In this document: piece after piece, positions 1 through 11,941 of the stretch
Numbering within the stretch: position 1 is the first letter of the stretch
Layout of the letters: the number at the start of each line of letters is the position of its first letter
Assembly: GCF_009914755.1 (NCBI RefSeq)
Contig: NC_060925.1
Length of the DNA stretch: 64,000 nt
Direction: 5' to 3' (one strand)
Origin: the human T2T-CHM13v2.0 reference genome, Homo sapiens
The notes under the pieces: model-generated
What the model was told of the DNA's origin: nothing
Seen by the model: only the letters and a program-made list of their open reading frames with translations
Database searches by the model: none
Position numbers and translations under genes: made by a program

Positions 1-140
1 CTCTGTAAAATAAAAATTGGTGTCTAAAAATATATTTATTTGTTTTAATATATGCCTCATTTCCAAGAAGCAGTTGGCCTCATAGATTTATGAGATGATC
101 TAATAAAGTCTCAGTTCCAGTTCCAGTTGGGAAACCGAAA

Positions 141-955
141 GTTTGGGGTGTTCTCTGACAAGAGATAATGTATGCTTTGAAACAGTGTTTAACATATGAT
201 GCTGTTTCTCACACAGTGAGAACATAGACATCCGAGACTCAAGGGTGGAAATGAGATTGGCTCCTCTCATATTACACCTGAAAACCCATTTACAGAAGTT
301 TCATTTCTCATACCCACAACCTTGGGGTCTGCTTGATTAGGAGGTTTTATTTCCTAAGGGAACACAATAATGGCTCCATTGAAGTAGAAGCTAAGGCTAC
401 CACTGGTCATTTAGAGTTCCTTATGCTACTAAGCTAACAGGCAAAGAATCATGTTGCCGTATTGGCTGGGGAGACTGATCCCAATTACTAACGAAAATTG
501 GGTTGTTGTGACACAAATGGGAGCAAGAAACACTAGTCTGGAACCCAGAGGATTATCTGCGAAGCTTTTTAGTGCATCTGTGCCCAATAACAAAAGTTAG
601 TGGAAAAATAAAGTAACCCAATAAAGGTTCACTGAGAATGCATACTCTTCAGAATATAAAGTTCAGCATTGGTAGTTACCTTTACAAGTTGGCCTTTAGA
701 TTACATATTATTAAGGGTGACTGTGACTAAAAGCCATTGCTCAGAGACAGATAACATGACCTTATCTAGAAACAGATACAGTGGCCATTGGAACCTTGTG
801 TCTTACTCTTTTGAGGAGATGGTGAGAACATATTTATGCATATGAAAATTAGTTGCATCTTATAAGGTGAAAACACGAAGTTCACATATTTTGTTACTTG
901 GAAGGTCAACTATGTATGGAAATGTGAGTATAGGTAAGTAACCAAAGGGATGGAC
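141..955 (+). mobile_element. ERVL-class internal remnant (integrase C-terminus and dUTPase region, decayed; HERV16/ERV3-16A3-like)
   Basis: Broken translation follows the ERVL pol end (YALxQ..YxAVS..QGVE..APL.IT..P; KLRLP.GH; QAK..V..LAG..DP.Y; LV..CP..KV.GK). Polypurine-tract-like AAAGGGATGGAC lies immediately before the LTR TG. Confidence 0.8.
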
Positions 956-1505
956 TGTGTCCGTTATTCACCTACTGTCTCTCATTCAAATCTACCCTTT
1001 TCACTCTGCTGTGTGATACTGCAAATTACATTTCCCAGATGTCTTTGTTACTGTCTTCCTGCTAGGTTCTGCCAATAACTAAAGAGAAACTGGAAGGCAG
1101 TAGGAGGAGAAAAGAGATTGTTTTTCTGCTTTGTGTGTTTCTATGAGTTAAACCCCAGAAGTAGCTGTTGGGTCCAGCTTCCAGCTTCTTTTGGTACTCC
1201 TAGAACCAGCCTCTTTATGTCCTCTCAGAGGTACCAGCCACAGACAGGCAATGCCCTCTCCTCAAAGGTCTGAATCCAATGCTGCAGAGTCCCTCTCTAA
1301 GCTCCTAGGTCCTGATAACTCCCACTTGTTCCTTTTGTTCCCTAATGCTTCCGGTGATAACAGCTTCCTGCAATTGTCCCTGAGTTATTTAATGTCCTTT
1401 TTTTCTCCTTTAGTCCTCCATCCTAGTAACATTTTCCATATACTAAGCCCTTTTGTTGAAATGCTTAGTGTAATTTTGTTTCCCTGAATGAACCTGACTG
1501 ACCTA
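956..1505 (+). mobile_element. ERVL 3' LTR (LTR33-like)
   Basis: Starts TGTGTCCGTTATTCACCTACTGTCTCTC right after the PPT, contains GCTAGGTTCTGCCAATA, and ends ...TTTCCCTGAATGAACCTGACTGA as in LTR33 termini. Confidence 0.7.
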
Positions 1506-2029
1506 GTCACATAGAAATATGTCCTTTTAAACAGGATCTCAAGGTCACTCGACAAGGCAATGGCTAAACTGCATTAATTAATAGCTGCAATGTTTTCAAT
1601 CTTTAAAATAAATTTGTTTTTCTTTTGAGAACAAAGAGTAAAAGAAGCAAAGATACCTGTGCACTCAAGATAAAGGTAAATAATTAAATACCTGGCAGTA
1701 AAAGATAATTGACAACAAATCTGTGCCCTTTACAAATGGAGACCTTTGTGTAAGGTCTATTTAGAACAACTTCAAAGTGACTTAATTCTGCTTGGCAAAA
1801 GCTGGAAAACATAAATGAATTCTCCTTTCCCTTGTTAACTTTGTTCTGATTCCTTTCAAACTCAAATGTTATATTCCAATTGGACTAATAGTCCACACTT
1901 TCTGTGTGTATAAATATGCACTTAACTCTAAATTAGTATCTCTACTTTTCCTCAAATAATTGACCTGTATCCTAAAACTGTAATTTTTAAAATCTTGTGA
2001 CACAGAGTATTCTAAAACATTACTCACTA

Positions 2030-2250
2030 ATTCATTTTATTTACTATTTCAACAAATATGTATCACGTGCCTGCTATGTTTAGATTGTATTTAGATTGTG
2101 CTAAGGAACTGGAATATAGAAGAAGTAAAAACAGACACATTCCCTACCCTCAGATGCTTCCAGTCTATTGGGGAGATAGACATTGATGAAAAAAATCACA
2201 TATGTAGTTGAAAAATTTAATAGTAAATAGGGCTTAAATATACAGTGATA
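2030..2250 (-). mobile_element. L2 3' end fragment
   Basis: TTCAACAAATATGTATCACGTGCCTGCTATG...TCCCTACCCTCAG is the reverse complement of the L2 3' terminus. Confidence 0.7.
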
Positions 2251-3292
2251 AGCGATAAGGTATAAATATATGATAACCTATAATAGTGATTTGGATAGGG
2301 TGGGAAAAAGGGAAGCAGGAAAATAATCCAAAATCTTTAATCTTTGAAGAATTGAAAGCCACCAAAGTGTTTTTTTTTAATTTGGGGGGAACTTCAGTGA
2401 ACAAATGTGCATTTGATTCACTGAAGAGAATAAGTTCAATTAAGTTTGTACTGGCAGGGATATATAATGTAAGAAAGACACTGGATTTTAAGGCACACAA
2501 CCTAGATTCAAGAAACTATTATTATTTAATTGGATATAAGATTTGAATGGCAATTACAAGGGTTGATTATGATACTTCCCAATTTTATATAGAAGGGAGG
2601 TTTTATGAGTTGAAATTAATTTTTAAAATTTTTATTTTACTGAGGTAACAATGCTTAACATGAGATCTATCCTCCTAACATACAATAGAGTTTTAAACAG
2701 TTCATTCTGTATATAATAGCTTTATCTCTGTAGTATTTATTATGTCTATAGTATTATAGATGCTTACTCAGGAAGGTGATACAAATATTACATGTTATTT
2801 TTTCCCTCCTTTCAGCTAAGCCTGACTTAGCTCTGTCAGACTGTCCCCAGGTAGATTCTAAATATAAGTGCGGCATTGGGCAGCTGCTTCTCTTCAGCTC
2901 TATTTATTCCTTGCAAAAATGCTGAGACATTGCTTTTTTGCTTTAGCTTTTGTTTTCCCCTAATTATGTTCAACTTAAATGGCTATAGGAGCTAAAAATA
3001 TAGCATGGAGAAGAGCTGTGAGAGCATTTAGTACAGGTCCTGAATGAACACCTCCCTCAGAAGCCACTTTTTAAATTGGCTTGATGCTCAATATGGAAAA
3101 ATTCCCAACAGCCTCCAAAGCTATTGTCACAAAATAGATAGCCAGATTGCTGCCAAACATAATCCAGGGAACTGACAGTTAATCTAATGGAATCCTAGAA
3201 TCATAGAGTTATAGATTTAAGGAAACACAGAAACTTAGAACTTCAAAATTATAAACTAAAACACACATTTTTAAAAATATGGAGACACTTGA

Positions 3293-3415
3293 GCTGGGCA
3301 TGGTGGCCAGTATCTGTAGTCACAGCTACTTGGGAGGGTGAGGCAGGAGGAATACTTGAGCCCAGGAGTTCAAGGCCAGCCTGGACAGCACAGACAGGTC
3401 TTATCTCTTAAAAGA
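3293..3415 (+). mobile_element. FLAM (free left Alu monomer)
   Basis: Single ~120-bp monomer GCTGGGCATGGTGG...TTGAGCCCAGGAGTTCAAGGCCAGCCTGG...TCTCTTAAAA. Confidence 0.85.
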
Positions 3416-3455
3416 ATAGGTGGTGATTGGAATTAGTGTTTAAAAAGTAAAGAAG

Positions 3456-3458
<3 letters not shown>

Positions 3459-3510
<52 letters not shown>
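3459..3510. repeat. (TA)26 microsatellite
   Basis: Uninterrupted TA run. Confidence 0.98.
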
Positions 3511-3513
<3 letters not shown>

Positions 3514-3599
3514 GAAAGTAATCTGAAGTCCACCTGCTTCAACTAACCACTCTATGTTTGAACTTACTATTAATATAATATCTGAGCCCTCAAGTAGCT

Positions 3600-3780
3600 G
3601 CTAATATTCTATTTGAATGCATAGAGTAATAGGAGCTCATTACCTCCCTAGGTAGCCTGTTTCATATTTGGGCAGCTTGAAATATTAGAAAGCTTATCTC
3701 AAGGCTGAGATTAAATCTGACCTCTGGTAATGCCAACACATTGGTCCTGGTAATTCCTACAGATTGGTCCTGTTCTAGTA
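3600..3780 (-). mobile_element. L3/CR1 fragment
   Basis: GCTCATTACCTCCCTAGGTAGCCTGTTTCAT...TTAGAAAG...CATTGGTCCT matches the antisense L3 3' region. Confidence 0.6.
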
Positions 3781-4039
3781 CAAATGCTGTGAATGTCCAA
3801 GGAGATAAAACATGGATAAGCTCACTCAAGGTCCTTTGGATTTGTTTGATTTCCTTCAGTCATAGACATAGCAACACAAGAATACAATCAAGAACATCTG
3901 TGTATTTTGTTACGAGGCCTGGGCCTTAGTTATCTTCCCATGCTTCTTAATCATTTTCCTGTATTATTTAATAGAAATCTGAGTTAACTCTGATTTCTTC
4001 TTATCTATTTCTGCACATGATAGGGAATATTTGTCAAAT

Positions 4040-4262
4040 GTATTCTATATACTTTATATATGTTCTAAGGACTTTATGGGTGTAACTCATTTATTTCTCA
4101 AAATAACCCTGTGAGATAGGTTTGTCATTATCCTCATTTCTCCAATTTATCCTCATTATGTAGAGGAAAAAAAATTGAGAAGCAAAAAAAGTATGTACCA
4201 CATACAGGTTTTTCAATAGTGAGTGCCATAGCTGGAATTCAAGCTCAGGACATCTGACTACA
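4040..4262 (-). mobile_element. MIR
   Basis: AACCCTGTGAGATAGG...ATTATCCTCATTT...GCTGGAATTCAAGCTCAGG MIR core, antisense. Confidence 0.75.
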
Positions 4263-4331
4263 TGAGAAGACAAAAATAAAATCAAACAAACATAAAACAG
4301 GATGATAGATGCAATAATAAAAAGTGTGTGT

Positions 4332-4634
<303 letters not shown>

Positions 4635-4934
4635 AAAGTGTGTGCACACAGAAGAGCGATCAACTTCATCTTGGGGTGAGGGTAGGAGCCAAGGAGAACT
4701 CTGGAGAAGTGTTGATAACAGATCAAGGTTTTGAAGCATGACAAAGAGCTCACTAGGTAGATAAATGGTGAAGAACCTTCTGACAGAAGAGGTGACATAT
4801 TGAAAAGGCAGAGAGGTGTGTTTGGGACCCAACAAGTAGTTCACTAGGACTGTTTGGTAAAGTACAAGGGAGAAGGAGTAAGGAAGAAGTGGGTAGGAGC
4901 CAGGTGACAGGGCTGTGGTGCCAACTAAGGAATT

Positions 4935-5674
4935 TTCTTTTTTATTTAAGTTTTAGGGTACGTGTGCACAACGTGCAGGTTTGTTACATATATATACATG
5001 TGCCATGTTAATGTGCTGCACCCATTAACTCGTCATTTAACATTAGGTATATCTCCCAGTGCTATCCCTCCCACTCCCCCCACCCCACAACAGGCCCCAG
5101 TGTGTGATGTTCCCCTTCCTGTGTCCATGTGTTCTCATTGTTCAATTCCCACCTATGAGTGAGAACATGAGGTGTTTGGTTTTTTTGTCCTTGTGATAGT
5201 TTGCTGAGAATGATGGTTTCCAGCTTCATCCATGTCCCTACAAAGGACATGAACTCATCATGTCCTTTTTTATGGCTGCATAGTATTCCATGGTGTATAT
5301 GTGCCACATTTTCTTAATCCAGTCTATCATTGTTGGACATTTGGGTTGGTTCCAAGTCTTTGCTATTGTGGATAGTGCCGCAATAAACATACGTGTGCAT
5401 GTGTTTTTATAGCAGCACCATTTATAATCCTTTGGGTATATACCCAGTAATGGGATGGCTGGGTCAAATGGTATTTCTAATTCTAGATCCCTGAGGAATT
5501 GCCACACTGACTTCCCCAATGGTTGAACTAGTTTACAGTCCCACCAAGAGTGTAAAAGTGTTCCTATTTCTCCATATCCTCTCCAGCACCTGTTGTTTCC
5601 TGACTTTTTAATGATTGCCATTCTAACTTGTGTGAGATGGTATCTCATTGTGGTTTTGATTTGCATTTCTCTGA
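4935..5674 (-). mobile_element. 5'-truncated L1PA (L1PA4-like): 3'UTR and ORF2 C-terminus
   Basis: ORF 5238..5741 gives the ORF2 C-terminus ([13 protein letters not shown]...CWRG..H.WWDC). Perfect 19-bp TSD TGGTGCCAACTAAGGAATT at 4916-4934 and 5675-5693. Confidence 0.95.
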
Positions 5675-6394
5675 TGGTGCCAACTAAGGAATTAAAACAG
5701 GGTTTTACAAGAGAGTGACAGGGTAAAAACAACAAATGCATTTGCTTACCTGTGTATGTGAGGTTTTTTAAAATTTTGAAATATAAGTATGATCAGTTGT
5801 ACAGATGTTATTTTGGGACCAAGTTACTCATCAAAAATGACATTCCTGAGACTGAAGTTGCTTTCAACATAATAACAAATTTTAACTCTTCCTTCATATT
5901 CATATGAAAGCCAAGAACATTCTAATACTTAAAAAAAACCCTAAAATTCCATTTAATGTTGCCATCTAGATAAATTGTCGCAATTATGGGTAAACAATGG
6001 TGCAGGTAGCAACCTCCTGGAGGGCTGAAAAAAAGAGGTTGAGAATAGTCTGTTCTGTCAGGCTTTTGACTTGGCAGCTGCTTCCAGGTTTATGGATACT
6101 CAAAGGGAAACAAGGACAAGGAGTTTCTGGCGGAGACACTCAACTTGTATGGAGATATTAGTAAGTGCTCACTGACAAATAGGCATCCCACAAGGGACAT
6201 CTGGACCTTGCTCATTTCTCAGAATTAAATAAGATTATTGTAAAAGGCAACAAAGCAAAATTATGGGGGAAAAAAACCTTATCCTAAGTAGTTTCCATCA
6301 AGCAAACAAATAGCAAAAATGTAGAAAATTCAAGTTAATTTCATAAATGCATTCATTCATTCAATCAGAGAGCAAATGTTAATCGAGGAAGCAA

Positions 6395-6540
6395 ACCTAT
6401 TAGAATTTGGGTTCTGGTCATGGTTCAGCCACTTACTAGCTGTGAGTCCCTGGGCAAATTAATTAATCTCTGTGCCCCAGTTTTCTCAATTATAAGAGAA
6501 GAAATAATAGCAATAATAATACCTGTATTTTTAGGGGTAG
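6395..6540 (+). mobile_element. MIR
   Basis: GCCACTTACTAGCTGTGAGTCCCTGGGCAAATTAATTAATCTCTGTGCCCCAGTTTTCTCA. Confidence 0.8.
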
Positions 6541-6939
6541 AGAATAAGAGAGTTGATTGAAAAGATATCAAGGGGGTGAAAACAACCAGAATCAAATTTG
6601 TTAACCATATAAATGAGGAATGAGGAAGAGAGAGAAGCTTAGAAAGGTCTCTAGGGATCTGATCTAGGGCTAGTTATAAAAACAGGGAACACAGCAAGGA
6701 AGGACTGAGGACACATTTATTAGGACTCTGTTATAGGTAAGGCATGCCAGGAGAGAAGCAGATGCTCTTGTAGCTGAGGCAAGACTTTTATATCTGTGTC
6801 ATTTAGGAGAGAACATACAAGGATATGATATTGCTAAAATGAGTACTAGGAGGCTATAAGAATTCACCAAAGAAAAAGCTCAGGGAAGGTTGCTACAATC
6901 ATGACAGGCAGTAGAGGATTAGAAGCCTGAAGATAAAGT

Positions 6940-7080
6940 TTAATCTCATCAAGTCTAACCTCCACTACCACTTTTCAGATGTGGAAACTAATGTTTAAAG
7001 TGGGAAAGTACCTTGTCCATGGTCACACAATGAATTAGAGGTAGGACTAGGACTAGGAATGTAGCCCTCTTTCTGCTACA
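6940..7080 (-). mobile_element. MIR (MIR3/MIRc-like)
   Basis: CAGATGTGGAAACTAA...CTTGTCCATGGTCACACA. Confidence 0.65.
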
Positions 7081-7744
7081 TTGGGTTCTATGCTCCCACA
7101 GGGACCTGAACAGGGAAGCTCTCAGGTACCTTTCTATCTATCTACTGCACAGCAGGGCTTTGGCTAGTATGTTTTATCTTTCTTTAAAAAAAAAATCTGC
7201 CTGAGCCTCGGCTTTCCCATCCGCCTATCATATTTCTTCTTGGACACTCACAGTGCACACTAGGTTTTCAATATGCACTGTGAGTGTCCAAGAAGGGATA
7301 TAATAGGCAGTTTTCTTTTTTTGAAGTAAAAAATTAAAAAAAACCCCAATACTGTTTAACCTAATATTTTCCAAACAGATACCTACTATCTTATAATGCC
7401 TATATATGTTCCCATGAAACACAATTTGAGACATGCAGAAACAATTCTGCTAGGGAGATGCAAGGCTTATAATCTGACCTACGGTGAAAGTTGGAACAAA
7501 TAGGGCTATCTGATGCCTGAACTGTGCCTGGAAATATAGTAAGAGTTAGTAAAAAGAAGGAGATAGTGAACAGGGAAGGCCTTCTGGGCTGAGGAAATGT
7601 AGAAATGTGCCACAAGATCATATATGCAGAATTCCACAATGGAAATTGAGCACAAAGGAGTAGAGAGAGATTAGGATAAAGAGGTAACTGGAGTTTCCAG
7701 CAAGAGGGACTTACGATGCCATAATAAAGAATTTGGGAGGATGT

Positions 7745-10585
7745 TCACTTCTAGCTGAGAAAGAATAACAGTTTGGATTTACCCTCCCACCTGAAAAAAC
7801 AAACCAAAAAAACAGAAGAAAATACATGGAAAAATGGTTTACAAGACATTGGACATAAGACAATGAAGGTCAGTGATCACTGTGAGATGGAAAACTAATG
7901 TATTCAGCTCCAGGATTGCCCCAGCTTATCAGAGAGTTTATAGGCCAGGGCACAGGGAGGGAAACCAAAGAAGAGGCTGATATACTCCCTGAGTTAAAGG
8001 GACCAATCTGAGAGCTTGGAAAGACCCTCAACTAAAATTTGCAGGTCAGAGAACTGGAGAGGACAGAGTAGAAGACAGAAAAAATTAAAGAGCTTTGCCA
8101 AGGGTTCTCCTTGAGTATTCAGTAGAGTACTGATCAGCACAAGTATGTGGAAAAACTGCAGCCAAGGAAAGAACCATTTGAAGGATTAGATGGAAAAGTG
8201 CCTGGTACTCACACAGGGCTAAGAACAGTTAAACTAGAAACCTCATAATTCATAGGGCACTGGGTAGAGTACTCAGAAGGAAGGGACTGGCCTCAGTGGT
8301 AGGGAAAAATTAAGCTGAGCAAATACTTTTCTGGTGTCACCTAATGAACTTAAAAGCAAGACTTCAAAGAACGAAACTGTTTCTAAGTAACATAACTGCA
8401 TCCCAGAATGAAGTTTAAAAACATTTACAGGAAAACAGAAATGTCTACCACTGAACAGGGTAAAATTCAGTCATTTGAGAAATGTCTGCTATATAATAAA
8501 AAAAAGCAGGCATGCAAAGAAGCAGGAAAATAAATTGAAATAAATGGAAATAAAATAAATTGAAAATAATGAGGAAAATAGTCATATCAAAATGGACATA
8601 GAACTGATACAGATGTTAGCATTAGCAGAAAAAGACATTGACAGTTATTATAGCTGTATTCCATATGTTCCAAAAGTTAAGAAGAGACATGAAAGATATA
8701 AATCAAGCGTCTGTAGATAAAATTATAATATCTGAGATTACAGTGTACATTGGATGGAAAAATGGCAAATTAGATATTGCAGATAAAAAGACTAGTGAAT
8801 TCGAAGACATAGCATTGTATCAATAGAAACTAACCAAAAAGAAACACAGAAAGGAAAAAAGACCTTCCCTCCCCAATTAACAAAAAAACAGTGAGCTCTG
8901 GGACAACTTTAATTATCCTACTATACAATGAATTGGAATCCTTGAAAGCAGGGCTAGGGGTAGGCACAAAAAATGTCTGTGGAAATAATAGGTGAAATTT
9001 TTCCACGTTTGATGAAAACTAAAACTGGCTGATTAAAGAAACTCAATGAATCCCAAGCACAAAAAACATGAAGAAAACTATACCAGGGCACATCATAATC
9101 AATTTGTTTAAAGTCAGTAATAAAGAGGAAACTTGAATGTAGCTAAAGGGGAAAACCATGTTACATACCGAGAAACAACGATAAAGATGAAAACAGACTT
9201 CTCTTTGGAAACAATGCAAGTGAGATGACAGAGCAACATGTCTGAAGTATGGAAAGAAAAAACTTCAAACTAGAATTCTATACCTAGCAAGAATTTCAAA
9301 ACTAAGACAAAATTCAGGTTTTTCAGATATAAAAAAGCTAAAAGAATTCACTACTAGCAGACCCACACTCTAAGAAGCATTAAAGGAAGTGCTTCGAGCT
9401 GAAAGAAAATTATGCCAGATGGAAATATGGATACCAGATGGAAATATGTATCTACCACATTAAAAGCATCATTTAACCATATGAAACAATACATAAGAAT
9501 ATGTCTTATTAGTTAAATAACTTCAAAAGATTTTACTATTCAAATAAAATAATAACAATGTAGTTTGGGGTTTATAATGGAAAATATATTGATATAAGGT
9601 TCTTATACTACATATGAAGCAGCATAATGTCAGTTGAATATAGATTATGATAAAGTTGTATACTACAAACCCTACATAAGCTACAAAAATAATGGAAGTA
9701 GTTAATTAGTTATTTAAGAGTTATATTTAATAAACTCTTATACAGCTAGTATCTAATAAACCAACAAAGGAAATAAAATGAAACCGTAAACATATTCAAA
9801 GAATACTCCATAACCATAACCATAACCATAAACATATTCAAAGAATACTCCAAAATATCCCCAAAGAAGGAAAAAAAAGAGAAAACAGAAACAAAGACTA
9901 GATGAAACAAATAGAAAACAAATAGCAAAATGAACACCGTAATTTAAAAATCAGAGATTTACAGATTAGATAACAAAGCATGGTCAAATTTATTATCCAT
10001 AATAAATGTCCTTCAAACATAAAGACATAAATAGATTAAAAGTAAAAGAATGGAAAAGGTATACCATATTAACACTAATAAAAGCTGAAGTGGCCATATT
10101 AATATCAGATTAAGTAGACTTTAGAGCAAAGAATATTACCAGGGATAAAGAGAGTAATTTCATAATAATAAAGGGGTTAATTTATTAAGAAGATTTAACA
10201 ATTCTAAATATTTATGCATCTAATACCAGAGCTTGAAGATACATAAAGCAAAAATTGATAGAATTGAACAAATCCGTAATTATAATCAGAGATTTCAATA
10301 CTTCACTCTCAATAATTGACAGATTACATAGATAGAAAATCAGAAAGGATATAGACGATTTGAACAACACTATCAACCAATTTTACCTAATTGACACTTA
10401 TAGAACATTCCACTCAACAACAGCAGGATATATATTTTTCTCAAGTACATGCAGAACATTACTAAGACAGATCATATTCTGGGTCATAAAACAAGTTTCA
10501 TGCATGTGAAAAACCTGATGGAATCTACATAAAAGCTGTAAGAACTAATAAATGAGTTTAGCAATGTTGCAGGATACAAGATAAA
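7745..10585 (+). mobile_element. Ancient L1M (L1ME-like): 5'UTR, decayed ORF1, ORF2 endonuclease and a short RT piece
   Basis: Decayed EN motifs at ~9950-10500 (LKVK.W; VAILISD.VDF; LNIYA.N; DHILGHK), then a jump to RT-region LINEFS.VAGYKI at ~10505. Confidence 0.85.
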
Positions 10586-10639
10586 ACTCTATCCATCCTC
10601 AGGGATCCAGTGTGGTTCTATGAAGACACCAGCCTATTT

Positions 10640-11140
10640 TATAAGTCTGGGTTTTTCTCATGCTGGGCACTCTTCCTAGAATGCTCTTATTTTTCTTCTC
10701 CTCCTGCTTCCCCTTCCCCACCATGCACTCAAGAAAGCTGTGTAAAAAGACTGCTTATTTTTCAAGATTTAACTAAAATATCACCTTCTCTATGAAGCCT
10801 TTCCTGACCCACCCCCTCATTCCCCATCCCAGGGGAAAATTCATCCATCTTCTGAATGCTATATACATACACTTAAAATGGAACCTACCTCTACCGTTCT
10901 AAAAAAATTATCTATGAGCCACTCGAGAACAGGGATTTTTCCTACCCATTCCATGAAGTTTAGTGGATAAATGAATACCTTCTCCACTGTAATGTAACAA
11001 AATTGTGCCAAACTATTTATGTATGTTTGTATCTCCTTCACTGAATAGGGGGGGCTTCTAATGAGTGGGGATTGTGTTTGACTTCTATTTTATGCTCATT
11101 ATCTAACACAATGCCAGGCACATGGTAAACTTTTCATGTA
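10640..11140 (+). mobile_element. L2 remnant
   Basis: TCACCTTCTCTATGAAGCCTTTCCTGACC...CACAATGCCAGGCACATGGTA. Confidence 0.6.
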
Positions 11141-11941
11141 CGTATGCAGACTATATACCTGGATAAACAGTATAGGGAAGGTCTGAAGTTCACAGCTTCT
11201 GGGAGAAAATATTTCAGAGGCCACAGGATAAGGTCGATAAATGAAAGCATGGAAGACAAAACAACTTTCTCTTAAGACAGCAAGCAGATTGCCTTGAGTT
11301 GTCTCTCTTCAGAGGCAAATGTTCCACCTTTGCTACCAACCTGTTGGTCAATACTGAGAGCCTGTGGCTGGGACAAATTATGCCGCACTCTCTTTTCCTG
11401 GCAAATTAAGAAATTTTCAGCATCTCGATAAAGTGTCAGATAAAGGAGAGAAAAATTCAATTTAGAAGGCCTTCATAACTCTTCACGAAGGCATTCCCAG
11501 GCATATGAATGGGCAGGTGGAGGGGAGGAGGCCTGCCAGCATCGATATCTCATTACTGCTAGCTTCAATGACCTGAGAGGTCAGCAAAGAAATGAGTGTC
11601 TCAGGGGAAATTTAGCTTGAGAGCAGTGATTCTGCCTTTCATTGTGTTGATGGACTAACTCCATTCATTCCTCTGACAAAAAAAGGTGGGGCTACTTATT
11701 TAGTCTAAGAAATTTCACAGCTGTAAAAGGGACCGTTTAGAGATCATCTGCTCTGTCTCTGACAGATACGGAGGTAGAGGCTCAGAGAACAGCAAGGCAA
11801 AGGCTGACTTCGTCAGGGCCCTGGCTTTATGACTACTCTCTACTCTCTGTTGTCACAGATTCTGTAAATCTTTTGGATTTCAATGATGTCTAAGGGTAAA
11901 GTCTAAATGTACGGGTGTGTTCTTCGAGAGCCTTCATTCTT

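Noticed and set aside
141-640. dUTPase/integrase-like coding potential
   Set aside because: Multiple stops and frameshifts; an ordinary decayed ERVL relic.
9787-9852. Repeat-spacer-repeat pattern as CRISPR-like
   Set aside because: Only two copies, the spacer is a microsatellite, the context is eukaryotic L1, and there are no cas genes.
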